From contig NC_086097.1 of assembly GCF_963921235.1 (NCBI RefSeq), positions 255,070,001 through 255,134,000 on the forward strand: a stretch of 64,000 nt of DNA, read 5' to 3'. This document shows positions 38,671 through 50,792 of the stretch, one piece after another. The DNA comes from Mobula hypostoma (lineage: Eukaryota). The notes under the pieces were generated by a model. The model was not told the DNA's origin and searched no databases. It saw only the letters and a program-made list of their open reading frames with translations. Made by a program: the position numbers and the translations under genes. Position 1 is the stretch's first letter; the number at the start of each line of letters is the position of its first letter.

Positions 38671-39509
38671 CTACGTTTGGGAGATAGAGATCCTTTGAGG
38701 TTTTAGGGATAGGGATGTGGAGGAGTTAGTGTCAGGCCTTCGCTCCGCAATCCATGCTCGAAGGGTGACGAAGGCAATCTGTGGTAGCTGGGCCGTCCCA
38801 AGTCTGTGGTTCCCGGGATCACATATCTGTGCAATCAGAAGGTATGAGAAGGTACCAGGGCTGGTCAGTCAGCGCACCCAGAGGTCTAGCCAAGAGGTCG
38901 GTGTTCCAATATTGGCTTATCTGGGAAGGTAACGAAGTTTGGAGCCCGAGGGTCAATCTAATGTTTGAGGTTGAAGCTTAATGACGGAAGCTTCTAAGCA
39001 GAAGACAGGAAGCCTGTCCTGGAGTTGAAAGACTGTCTGTTTGTATTAGTCGGTGGTTGGGTGCAAGTGAGGAAAAGGGTTTGAAAGTGTCTAAGAAGAA
39101 CGCAGAAACTGGCCCAAATGACGATCATCTAGTAGAAGTTACATCCACAGTGATGAAGCATTTTGAGAGGATGGTAATGAAGCCTATCAACTCCTGCCTG
39201 AGAAGCTACTTGGATCCGCTCCAACTTGCCTATCAGGAGAACAGATGGACTGCAGATCCTATCTCTTTGGCTCGTCACTGAACCCTGGCACATATGGGCA
39301 GAAAGATGCACAAATCAAAATGCACTTTTTCGACTATACCTCAGCATTCAGTACTGTATTCCCCTCAAAACTAATCAATCAGCTTCACTCTTAACCCCAA
39401 TACCTCCTTGAGCAGTTGGATTCGCGATTTCTTCACTTTCAGACCCCAGCCAATTTAGTCTCCTTTAGAAAGGAGATACAAGGAAAAGGGAACTGTCAGC
39501 TGATGCTTC

Positions 39510-40792
39510 AGTAAAGGATGATTTTCTCAAAGGAAAATCGTGCCTTACGAGCCTGATTGAATTTTTTGAGGATGTGACTAAGCACATTGATGAAGGTAGA
39601 GCCGTAGCCGTGGTGTACATGGATTTCAGCAGGCGTTTGATAAGGTACCCCATGCAAGGCTTATTGAGAAAGTAAGGAGTCATGGAATTCAAGGGGACAT
39701 TGCCTTGTGGATACAGAACTGACTTGCCCACAAAAGGCAAAGAGTGGTTGCAGATGGGTCATTTTCTGCATGGAGGCCAGTGACCAGAGGTGTGTCTCAG
39801 GGATCTGTTCTGGGACCCCTACTCTTTGTGATTTTTATAAATGACCTGGATGAGGAAGTGGAGGGATAGGTTCATAAATTTGCTGATGACACAAATGTTG
39901 AGGGTGTTGTGGATAGTGTGGAGGGCTGTCAAAGGTTACAACGGGACATTGATAGGATGCAAAACTGGGCTGAGAAGTGGCAATGGAGTTCAACCCAGAT
40001 AAGTGTGAGGTGGTTCATTTTGGCAGGTCAAATATGGTAGCAGAATATAGCATTAATGGTAAGACTTTTGGCAGTGTGGAGAATCAGAGAAATCTTGGGG
40101 TCCGAGTCCATAGGACACTCAAAAGCTGGTATGCAGGTTGACTCTGTGGTTAAGAAGGCGTACGGTGCATTGGCCCTCATCAATCGTGGGATTGAGTTTA
40201 GGAGCCGAGAGGTAATGTTATAGCTATATAGGACCCTGGTCAGACCCCACTTGGAGGACTGTGCTCCATTCTGGTCTCCTCACTATAGGAAGGATCCGAA
40301 AACCATAGAAAGGGTGCACAGGAGATTTAGAAGGATGTTGCCTGGTTTGGGGAGCATGCTTTATGAGAATAGGTTGAGTGAACTCGGCCTTTTCTCCTTG
40401 GAGCGACGGAGGATGACAGCTGACCTGATAGAGGTGTACAAGATAATGAGAGGCATTGATCGTGTGGATAGTCAGAGGCTTTTTCCCAGGGCTGAAATGG
40501 CTAGCATGAGAGGGCGCAGTTTTAAGGTGCTTGGAAGTAGATACTGAGGAGATGTCAGGGGTAAGTTTTTTACGCAGAGAGTGGTGAGTGTGTGGAATGG
40601 CCTGAAGGCGGTAGTGGAGGCGGAAACGATAGGAGTCTTTTAAGAGACTCCTGGATGGCTACATGGAGCTTAGAAAAATAGAGGGCTATGGGTAAAGCCT
40701 AGGTAGTTCTAAGGTAGAGACATGTTCGGCACAGCTTTGTGGGCCGAAGGCCTGAATTGTGTTGTAGTTTTTCATGTTTCTATGTTTCTATG
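39510..40792 (+). mobile_element. CR1 LINE, 5'-truncated
   Basis: KSCLTSLIEFFE, KFADDT and LVRPHLE motifs; (TTTCTATG)n tail. Confidence 0.9.
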
Positions 40793-41106
40793 AAATTCCG
40801 GCGAGAAGTCAGTAATAAATCAGAAAAGTGGTAAGAAGGCAATTGTCCTGGACACTGGGTGAAATGAGACATCTGACAAGGCTTTAATTTGAATGGGCAA
40901 AGAATAACAAAGAGCTGTGTTAGAGTCATACCTCGAATTGTCAGAAGCGCGATCAGATGCGTCATCCGGTTGCCAGTGGCCCCCAGTGCTACAAGGATTA
41001 GATAGCTGCAATTGGCAGGCTTTTGCCATCGGTCGACAGACACCAGGAACAAATCTCCATGAACATTGTCGCTAGAGCCAAGGTGAGGCAGCTTGCTTTC
41101 GTTTTT

Positions 41107-41192
41107 TCTTCGATAGCTCAGTTGGTAGAGTGGAGGACTGTAGAGGAAATGGAGTCATCCTTAGGTCGCTGGTTCGAATCCGGATCGAATGG
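41107..41192 (+). pseudogene. Degenerate tRNA-Tyr(GTA) with a 13-nt intron
   Basis: TCTTCGATAGCTCAGTTGGTAGAGTGGAGGACTGTAG[AGGAAATGGAGTC]ATCCTTAGGTCGCTGGTTCGAATCCGGATCGAATGG. Acceptor- and T-stem mismatches; the C1:G72/A73 identity set is altered; A and B boxes and T4 (41203-41206) are retained. Confidence 0.85.
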
Positions 41193-41530
41193 TCCGTACT
41201 ACTTTTATCACACAGGTTATCAGTTCAGTACCACATAGCTTCTTGGTCGCATAAGAGTGCACTCCGAAGTGCTCCGACTGGTGACGGGATAGAATACGGA
41301 GGCATCTAACCACATAATACTCAAGGGATGCTTATCACTGGGTCACATTTGAGATTCTTTACACTTGCTGATCTGACAGTACCAGCGCTACTCTCACTGG
41401 TCCTAAAGAAACAAGACTATAGAACTCTGGCCTTCATAGTAAATATACAACAGAAGAGACTGACACAAAGGCCCAGATGCAACAGTGTCAACTCTTAGTT
41501 GGGAGACTTTTAGTAATCACTCTAAGTTCC

Positions 41531-41621
41531 GCGTTTCCAAATCCACACGAGCAGGTGGTGCCAGAATCTGAATTTCGGCATATAGGTGGAGGGCGCCCTT
41601 CAAAGCAAGGCCATCTAGTGG
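41531..41621. promoter_or_regulatory. Two convergent CTCF-like motifs
   Basis: CGAGCAGGTGGTGC on + at 41548-41561 and CCACTAGATGGC on - at 41610-41621. Confidence 0.4.
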
Positions 41622-41861
41622 CATTGTGCTCGGCCTTATCTCGCTTGCATAGATCAGATAAGGTGCTACTTCTGCTCATCTGTGTGGCGGCTCAAGTCGG
41701 AAGAAAAATCTTCATATTTCTGGAAGAGGGTTGGAGTGTGAGCGGTGAAACAGAAGGTGTGGATGTGCATTGTGCACCGGAGGAGGAAAGGAAGGCTCTC
41801 TGCTCAAGTGACCTCTTGGAACAGCAGATTTGTAGGGTGTGGATGTCCGCAGTGTGTTATA

Positions 41862-43628
41862 GACATAGAAACATAGAAAATATGTGCAGGAGGAGGCCAT
41901 TTGCAGGAGCAGGGAGGTACTACTGCAGTTGTACAAGGCCTTGGTGAGACCACACCTGGAGTATTGTGTGCAGTTTTGGTCCCCTAATCTGAGGAAAGAT
42001 ATCCTTGCTATAGAGGGAGTACAAAGAAGGTTCACCAGATTGATTCCTGGGATGGCAGGACTTTCATATGAAGAAAGATTGGATCGACTGGGCTTATACT
42101 CGCTGGAATTTAGAAGATCGAGGGGCGATCTTATTGAAACATACCAAAATTCTAAACGGGTTGGACAGGCTAGATGCACTAAGATTGTTCCCGAAGTTCG
42201 GGAAGTCCAGAACGAGGGGTCACAGTTTAAGGATAAAGGGGAAGCCATTTAGGACAGAGATGAGGAAATACTTCTTCACACAGAGAATGGTGAATCTGTG
42301 GAATTCTCTGCCACAGGAAACAGTTGAGGCCAGTTCATTGGCTATATTTAAGAGGGAGTTAGATATGGCCCTTGTGGCTAAAGGGATCAGGGGGCATGGA
42401 GAGAAGGTAAGTACAGGGTTCTGAGTTGGATGATCAGCCATGATCATACTGAATGGCGGTGCAAGCTCGAAGGGCCGAAGGGCCTATTCCTGCACCTATT
42501 TAATATGTTTCTATGTTTCTAGCCTGCACCGCCATTCAGTATGAACTCAGAACCCTGTACCAGCCTTCCCTCCATACCCCGTGATCCCTTGAACCACAAG
42601 GGCCATATCTAACTCCCTCTTAAATATAGCCAATGAACTGGCCTCAAATGTTTCCTGTGGCAGAGAATTCCACAGATTCACTATTCTCTATGTGAAGTTT
42701 TTCGTAATCTCTGTCCTAAAAGGCTTCCCCTTTATCTTCAAACTGTGACACCTCGTTCTGGACTTCCCCAACATCGGGAACAATCTTCCTGTATCTAGCC
42801 TGTCCAATCTCTTTAGGGTTTTATAAGTTTCAGTAAGATCTCCCCCACTCTTCTAAATTCCAGCTAGTATAAGCCCAGTCGATCCAGTCTTTCATCATAT
42901 GAAAGTCCTTCCATCCCAGGAATCAATCTGGTGAACCTTTTTTGTACTTCCTCTATGGCAAGAATGTCTTTCCTCAGATTAGGGGACCAAAACTGCACAC
43001 AATACTCCAGGTGTGGTCTCACCAAGGCCTTGTACAACTGCAGTAGTACCTTCCTGCTCCTGTACTCGAATCCTCTTGCTATGAATGCCAGCATACCATT
43101 CGCCTTTTTCACCGCCTGCTGTACCTGCATGCCCACTTTCAATGACTAGTGTATAATGACACCCAGGTCTCGTTGCACCTCCCCTTTTCCTAATCGGCCA
43201 CCATTCAGATAATAATCTGTTTTCCTGTTTTTGCCACCAAAGTGGATAACCTCACATTTATCCACATTAAATTGCATCTGTCATGAATATTCCCACCCAC
43301 CTAACCTATCCAAGTCGCCCTGCATCCTCCTAGCATCCTCCTCACATCTAACACTGCCGCCCAGCTTCGTGTCATCCGCAAATTTGGAGATGCTGCATTT
43401 AATTCCCTCATCTCAGTCATTAATATATATTGTAAACAACTGGGGTCCCAGCACTGAGCCTTGCGGTACCCCACTAGTCACCGCCTGCCATTCTGCAAAG
43501 GTCCTGTTTATTCCCACTCTTTGCTTCCTGTCTGCCAACCAATTCTCTATCCACATCAATACCTTACCCCCAATACTGTATGCTTTAAGTTTGGACACTA
43601 ATCTCCAGTGTGGGACCTTGTCAAAAGG
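41862..43628 (-). mobile_element. CR1 LINE (minus) interrupted near its 3' end by a same-family plus-strand copy at 41902-42520
   Basis: Tail at 41862-41901, resuming at AGCCTGCACC 42521, by comparison with the intact end at 27096-27165. Both copies encode [19 protein letters not shown]. Confidence 0.85.
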
Positions 43629-44340
43629 TTGTCCTTCTTATCATTGTCCAGGACACAGACAATTCGTCCAGTAATGATGGACCTCAGTCATTCAGCTTTT
43701 CAGGTGACTTGACATTTCGCTGTAGATTTCAAATAATGTCAGAAGATGCTACAAAGAAAGAAACATTATTGGCAGGTGTGAGAATGCTCTCTATGATAGC
43801 AGCGTAGTTTTCCAGCAGATTGTGCAGTCGCAGATCGTGTTTTACAATCTGCGACAATGAGTACATGATCCTATATGAGGTCCCGCCGGAACGTAATGAT
43901 CCAGGAAAGGCGAATATTGAAATGTTGCTATCAGTGGTGTTGTTGATTGTATCTGGGTGGTGAGGAGACACATTTCAGCTGAGGTGAATATGCATGTTCA
44001 CGGAGGCGCCGCATTACAGAGCAGGTTTCTGTGTATATGTGCTGAATTGACTGGGCGCTGAACAGCAGTCGCTACATTCAACCAGAGATATTAATTCCAA
44101 CTGCTATAACAGTCCGTTGTAAAAATAGACAGAAGGATAATTCTTTCCATGGGGGAGAATGAATTGTAGTTTGGGGATTTGCATATTGACAGTGGCAGAG
44201 AGCGTCAGTATATGCGTCTGAGTAGTTGGTTGATAGGTAAGTGTGTCTGTGAGCTGATGATTGTGCAACGGTGAGCAGTGACAGGCATGCAATGGTGCTT
44301 GTGGCGCAGAACAAATTACAGGAGGTGAATCGAATGTGCT

Positions 44341-44413
44341 GGGGAATTAGCTCAAATGGTAGAGCGCTCGCTTAGCATGCGAGAGGTAGCGAGATCGATG
44401 CTCGCATTCTCCA
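44341..44413 (+). tRNA. tRNA-Ala(AGC)
   Basis: GGGGAATTAGCTCAAATGGTAGAGCGCTCGCTTAGCATGCGAGAGGTAGCGAGATCGATGCTCGCATTCTCCA. G3:U70 pair, paired stems, T4 at 44419-44422. Confidence 0.95.
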
Positions 44414-44589
44414 TTGAATTTTGTTTTCAGAGGCACTCGTCTCATCAAATTGTTGCGTCGCTTGGAATGTAGGAAAGATGAGGAGGACGGAGAGGGAGGG
44501 GTTGATAAATCGATGGAGAATATCCTGAGAGGCAGGATTTATGAACATTTAGAGAGGTATAATATGATTAGGAACAGTCAGGATTGCTG

Positions 44590-46030
44590 CCAATGTTTGT
44601 ACGTCGGATGTCTCCATGACACTTTGTGCTGAGGCTTGGTGCTGAAGAAGGTGTTATGGATACTGAGGTCGCCTTGACAGCAGAGTTTACGGAGGCGCTG
44701 GCCGTTTTCATTCATCTTTCTAGTTTCGAATTGTCCGAACTAAGTGGGCCATCTGTGGTGGTCGCCGCCTACTCTTGAGTAAAAGCCTCGGAGAAAGAAT
44801 AGTGGCTCTTGAGGAGGGACTTCTCTGATGGCAGCATTGAGTTCATCATAGAACTTGTCCTTAGCTTCCTGGGTGGAGCTTTATGTCGACGCGTAAGCAC
44901 TGATTGTACTAACCAGGCCTACAGACGTTTGAAGCTGAATCCTGAGCAGTCATTCAGTTCCTTCGATTGGTGGTATGATGGCGGCAACTAGGATGTTTCT
45001 TATGGCGATGCCAACACCGTGCCCCCTGGGCTATTCTGGTGACTTTCCATGCCAGATGATGGAGACGTCTTCTTCTCGAAGGCTTCCAGAGGAGGAGAGC
45101 CTTGTTTCTTGAATAGCGACAATGGCCATCTGTAGTCTGTTCAGCTCGTTGTTGATGAGTGCGGTCTTGCGGGCCTCGCTCATATCTTACAGGACTTCTG
45201 TAAGGCCTGACGTCCTGTTCCGTACATTTCAAGTACCTGGCTTGAAGGCTTTTGACAATTCCTTTTTTAGCCAGGTGTAAGGTTATCGATCCACCTGTCA
45301 GGGGTTCCCTGAGCCCCACACACCCAGTGGAGCAAGTGGACCGTGGCGAGGAAGTACCTATTTGACGAGGGACTGCCGAGTTAGAGGCGGGCGGTAGCTG
45401 GACTGGGAGGTGCCAGGACCTCTCCCACCATTAGACGCAGCCCCTGGCGCCTCACTCTACGCCAATCAAGTGCAGTGGCTTATCACTGGAAACTGCTGCT
45501 TCCCGTGCTGTGTCAACGCCGAACAGCGATGCTGGAGTGTCCTTTCCAGGGCGCCAGCCGCGGCGAGAGGATTTGCAGAAGTAGCTGTTGCTCATGCAGC
45601 GGGTTCCCTCTCTCCACGTCAAGGGAAGGGCACCAGTGTCGTCGCAGACGATACCAGAGTGAACTTGAAAACAACATCAAACTGCTTTGGGGACCTAGCT
45701 CCGGATTTCTTCCTCGGGGTTTAGTACCGTAGCCTTTCCTATGGATGGGTATGGCCGCATGGCGAGGGAGATTTAAAATCAGGGTTTCCTTCTTCTAGAC
45801 GGGATGCCGTCCAAGACTGACGGGCCCCACCTGCCCGTAACAGCCGGTTTTGAGGGGCCAGTAGTCCGACTTTGCCCTTTCTCTTGTCAGTAGAAATAGT
45901 TCCGCCGGGCCTAGTAGCTAAGCCTCACGTGGAGGCCAAGGATTGGACTTGGTTGTCAGGAGCTGTAAGAGACACACCCTATTTAGAGCACTTTATAGGT
46001 AGTGGGAGCTTATCCGAGCAACACACGTAA
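44590..46030 (-). mobile_element. RTE-clade LINE 5' portion (5' UTR plus APE endonuclease remnant)
   Basis: Minus-strand translation GT*NVR..ARKTALINNELNRLQMAIVAIQETRLSSSGSLRE..HGVGIAIR. Confidence 0.75.
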
Positions 46031-46190
46031 AATGCTGTAAAAGGCCACTCAGCATCTACGGAGAAAAGTAAAGTTGACGTTTCGGGTCGAAGATAAGTCC
46101 TGGCGAAGGGGTTCGGCACGAACCGTCGACACTTTTTTCCACCGAGGCTGCCTGGCCTGCTGAGTTTCTCCAGCATTTGATGCGTGTAGT
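46020..46190. mobile_element. Palindromic Penelope terminal-repeat remnant with a mutated hammerhead
   Basis: Inverted arms around AGTC-CTGGCGA-AGGGGTTCGGCAC-GAACCGTC-GACA at 46096-46131. Confidence 0.55.
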
Positions 46191-46579
46191 CAGAAATACG
46201 TCGTTCTTCGGTCGATACTTGCAATCGGGCTCCAAAGATCGGATCCTCTATTATTATACAGATTGCGTTCACTGAGCTTCTCGGCGGCATGAGACTGCGC
46301 TCAATAGTCTTCCTACACGTGACCAAATGGAGCTCAAAGGAGTTAAGTCACAAAATACCCAAGGAATTCTTCTCAGAAGCTCGCATTACAGAGTGCCAGT
46401 TCTTCACACCTGCGGCTCTGGCAGTACCACCACCCGCACACTTGATTGGTTTCCAAGGACAGAGAAGATATAACTCGCGCCCTCACAGCAACTGTCTAAC
46501 AATACAGCTTGCCGGAAAGGCACCGAGATAACTTTCGGCAAGTCTGCGTTGGCAGCCTTCAGTAGTCACTCTTAGTTCA

Positions 46580-46610
46580 GCGGTTCCAAATCCACACCAG
46601 CAGGTGGCGC
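46580..46610 (+). promoter_or_regulatory. CTCF-like site with an upstream module
   Basis: GCGGTTCC-9 nt-CCAGCAGGTGGCGC, core at 46597-46610. Confidence 0.6.
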
Positions 46611-47030
46611 CATGATCTGAAGTTTCGGCACGCAGTTCTCGGCCACCCCAAGAAGCAAAGGCATCTTACCGCATTGTGTTAGTCTTATCCCAGGTGTGTA
46701 GCTCAGCTAAGGTGCTATTTGCTGCTCATCTATGTACTGCCACCGGCCTGGACTCCAATCATCTTTCTGCATGAGAATGCTGTTTGGGCTCTGAAGTCGA
46801 AGAGGTAGATGTGCATTCAGTGCTGGAGTATTGTCAGTGACCGCGGTGTCTTTTCCTGTCCTTCATGGTCATGGACATGGACAGATACTCCAGTGACGGT
46901 GGACTGCAGCCAGTCACCAGTTCTTTTTTTGCTGAGCAGGCAGTTCGCTGTCGTTTTCGTATATTGTCAGCGGACGTTGCACAATACAGTAATGGCTGCT
47001 GTGAGAATGCCTTCTATGCTAGCAGTATAG

Positions 47031-48490
47031 TGTTTCGAGATCCTGAATTACCCCTATGAACTGTGTTTTTAAAAGAGAGAGAGAGAGTTGTGGAACACAG
47101 ACACCTTGTTAAAAAGAGAGAGAAAGAAAGAGAGAGAGAGAGGGGGGCGAAGACTGCTCACAGTTTGTTTATACTTTTTGCAAGGACGCTGCCTGCTTGT
47201 AAGTTCTTACAGAGAGAGAAGGGAGGAGCTACTTGAGAGACAGTTGGTATTCAGCACGGTGAGATAACTAGAAGGTCAGATGATTGACCTAGAGACACAT
47301 GGTTTTGGACACTGAATGAGCTTTGTTGTGCCCACAGAAAAGGTGCGCTTTGGAGGATCCATCAGGCGGATCGATCAGTGGCTCTCGCAGTGTGAAAAGG
47401 GTGTGACCGGTGGGGACTTATTCGTGTGTCCAACCCTTTCCTTGCCTGAGTTGATAATTCCACCACAGAAGAACAGTACCCTTTGTTGTTGGCACAGTCG
47501 ATGACTTCTAAAGGATTTCGGAGGACAACGGGAAGATCGACGATGTCAGCTCACCTGAAGACTCAAATCATCCCTCTCTCTCTCTCCATCACTACTCAAT
47601 TCAATACCACGAACTTAACTGAACTTTACTCAACATCGTAAGACTATCTATTTACCCCAAGATTGGAAGAAGCTTGGTTTTCACACTTACCTATATATAT
47701 AATCATTACTAATCAGGAGGGAGGAGAGGAGGAGGGAGGAGAAGATGGCAGCGCGACTCAGTGCGCGCGGCTCTCCGGTGAATGATATCGGTATTTGTAA
47801 GTAGGAGGCCGTGCACAATTCGGATCGAGACAGACGTGAGAAGCACGGAGGAAGATCTGGAGTAACTTCTGAAATGCCCGGTTCGCTGCCGCTGCGATCG
47901 AGAATCTCCGGAGGGGAAGGGAGTGGAAGGCCCCAAATCCTCGGCTTTGCCTGTTGCTGGCGGCCGGGGCTGATGTCGAAGCGCTCGGCAGAGATGGTGC
48001 TCGGTGCTCGGTGTTGGAGGGCTGGTCGGAGGCTCGAAATTTTCGGACGGACTCAGAGTCATACTGTGGTCGGGTGCTTCCAGGATGCTGCATCGGCAAG
48101 TTTGCGGCGCTGGAAACTCATGGCAGGGAGAGTTTTCTTCCTTCTACTGTCTGCGTGAGATAATGGGACTTTCGAGAGACTTTGAGCCTTTTTCTTTTAC
48201 CGTGCCCATGGTCTATTCTCTATCAAATTATGGTATTGCTTGCACTGTTGTAACTATATGTTATAATTATGTGTTTTTTGTCAGTTTTAGTCTAGGTCTG
48301 TCTTGTGTTTCTGTGATAACATACTGGAGGAACATTATATCATTTCTTAATGCATGCATTACTAAATGACAATAAAAGAGGACTGCGTGTCCTCATAATC
48401 TAATCTAATCTTATTTATTTGATATATCTGCATTTATATTACTATATTGCGTAGTTACTAATAATTACTATTAGTTAATAGCAATACTGG
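47031..48490 (+). mobile_element. LTR family A, 3' end lost, interrupted by a 696-bp retroposon
   Basis: Starts TGTTTCGAGATCCTGAATTACCCC and is homologous to 37551-38333. Confidence 0.8.
47715..48410 (+). mobile_element. Non-autonomous retroposon (GC-rich head, AT-rich body, microsatellite tail)
   Basis: Starts GGAGGAGAAGATGGCAGCGCG and ends AATAAA..(TAATC)3. TAATC precedes the insertion, and the host LTR continues on both sides. Confidence 0.7.
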
Positions 48491-49633
48491 TCGATGTTAT
48501 GGTTTCTTGCAGCTTGTTTTGAATATACAAGGACACATAGACACACACAGTTAGAGTCAAGGTGGATTCAGTCAGTGGAAGACACCAGTGAGTCAGTCGC
48601 TGGTTTAAACTTTCAGTAACCGAAAAGGGGTGAGTTGAGATCGATCTAGAGTATTGATAAATGACTCTCACAAGTTTTCTGCAACTAGAACAAGTTTGCA
48701 GGAAGAGAAGAGGGGAGAGATAGGCTTGAAACAGAAGAAACCTAGTGAGAAAGAGATCACTGTTTGGACTCTCTTTCTAAGTAGCCAGTGAGGGTGAGTT
48801 TGTTTCCATTGGACTACAAAAGTGCGATTGTCACTTAGTTAATCCACAGGAGTGGGTTCTCTGGTGAGGGGAAAACCTTTGTGAATACCATATGTGTATT
48901 TACCCTTTGTCTGGGTGTGGTAGTTCACCGAAGAAAGGCTCCCCTGTGGCAAATCACTGTTGGAGTTATTCTGTATGTCGTGGAACTGGATGAGTGGCTA
49001 TCACGTAGTGTGTTTGGGGTAACCGTGGGGCATCTACTGGTGTGTCGACCCTTGCCTGGGTGGTTGCTCCCTTGAAGAGGGTCCCCTTTGTGATAAGCTA
49101 CTGTTAGTGATAATCCATACGTGGATTCTGCTGGTGTATCCTGCGGCCACCACTTTGAGATGTCTCGTAGCTGAATTCGGGTGTGGTACCATATGTGTTG
49201 AAAGGATATTCATTGAAGATCACTGTCGGTGATATTTCGTGTGTGAGGTGGAACAATTTCGGAGAAAAAACCTACTACTATTGATATTTTCTATTGCTTT
49301 CGTAGTGTCTGTGGAATATCGACGTAATTCCCTTCTCACAACATCCACCTTGGGACTGGAAACATCTCGCATTAATTAACCCGTGCATCTGAATTGAACT
49401 TTTCTTACCTGTCTTCATAAGATCATATCAATTACCACCGAAGTTTGAAAAGTTTGGGTTTAATATTTCCACAACTATATCTGCATAAACTCTGCTAACC
49501 TGTTTGATTTATCTGGTTATAAGTTACTTTATTACGTAGTTACTAATAAAATATAATTCGTTATCAGCAAATCCAGACTCGAGGTGTGTTCCATGTTTTT
49601 CTGGTTCTTTAAGCCATTTCGGGGTACGTAACA
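48491..49633 (+). mobile_element. LTR family B, 5'-truncated
   Basis: Homologous to 52114-54342. Ends GGGGTACGTAACA at the same unit position. Confidence 0.85.
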
Positions 49634-49832
49634 GTGCAAAGGTTAAAATGTCGAGTCAAGTCGGCTTGTTGGAATGGAGTGTAGAGTAAAAGATGACTGG
49701 CAGATGTTGTTGAATCGAACGGTGGGCTTCAGCTTGGGAGTGAGTGATAAATCAGGTAAGCGGTAAGAACCAGGAAACGGTGAAAGAAGGCAGCTGGCAA
49801 GGAGTGCATAAGAATCGGGCAAAGGATACCAG

Positions 49833-49905
49833 CGAGCCAGGTAGGAGTCGAACCTACAATCTTCTGATCCGTAGTCAGACGCGTTCTCCATTGCGCCACT
49901 GGCCC
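49833..49905 (-). tRNA. tRNA-Arg(ACG), array variant (D-loop GGAGAA)
   Basis: GGGCCAGTGGCGCAATGGAGAACGCGTCTGACTACGGATCAGAAGATTGTAGGTTCGACTCCTACCTGGCTCG. Confidence 0.95.
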
Positions 49906-50381
49906 ACACAGGGTAGAATTCTGGACAGCTTCAAATGGCAGTGTGCTGCAGGCGATAGACAGAGATCTGTAACTGATTGCCCTGAATATTGATGGTAACC
50001 GCCCATGTGCAGTCGATTACAGTCGGCTTCCCTGCAAAGTTCACTTTGTAGAGTGAAGGACTGTGTCAGAAATGTGTCATGCTTCAGTCGCTGTTTCAAT
50101 TCGGGCTCCGAAGATCGGTTCCGCTTTTATTAGGCAGATCATCCATCGTGTATCACTGAGCTTCTCGGCGGCATGGGACTACACTCATTACTGCTCCGAC
50201 ATGTCAGCAGTTGGAGTTCAAAACAATCAAATCACAAAACACAAGGATAGCTTATCAGAAGCTCGCATTCCAGAGCGGTACGGCGTCACACACTCGGCCC
50301 CAGCAGTACCAGCACTCGCACACTTGATTGGTCTCCAAGGGAAGGGAAGATAGAAGTCGCGCCTTCACAGTAACTGTGCAA

Positions 50382-50792
50382 CAACACACATTAAAGTTGC
50401 TGGTAAACGCAGCAGGCCAGGCAGCATCTCTAGGAAGAGGTGCAGTCGACATTTCGGGCCGAGACCCTTCGTTAGGACTAACTGAAGGAAGAGTTAGTAA
50501 GATATTTGAAAGTGGGAGGGGGAGGGGGAGATCCAAAATGATAGGAGAAGACAGGAGGGGGAGGGATGGAGCCAAGAGCTGGACAGGTGATTGGCAAAGG
50601 GGATACGAGAGGATCATGGGAAAGACAAGGTGGGGGGGAGCGAGAGAATGGGCAAGGGGTATAGTCAGAGGGACAGAGGGAGAAAAAGGAGAGTGAGAGA
50701 AAGAATGTGTGTATAAAAAAAAATAACGGATGGGGTACGAGGGGGAGGTGGGGCATTAGCGGAAGTTAGAGAAGTCGATGTTCATGCCATCA
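50382..50792 (-). mobile_element. Penelope-like element 3' fragment
   Basis: DGMNIDFSNFR* ORF end, pyrimidine-rich UTR and a mutated hammerhead at 50443-50480 (CTAACGA, GAAATGTC). Absent from the other units. Confidence 0.8.

Noticed and set aside
49643..49909. Recurrent short ORFs (MWASGAMENASDYGSED..., ..SIAQLVERRTVE..)
   Set aside because: These are translations across tRNA genes; their conservation reflects the tRNA, not a protein.
50443..50480. Hammerhead motif as an active ribozyme
   Set aside because: The core is mutated (CTAACGA, GAAATGTC). The copies at 46096 and 10844 are also defective.
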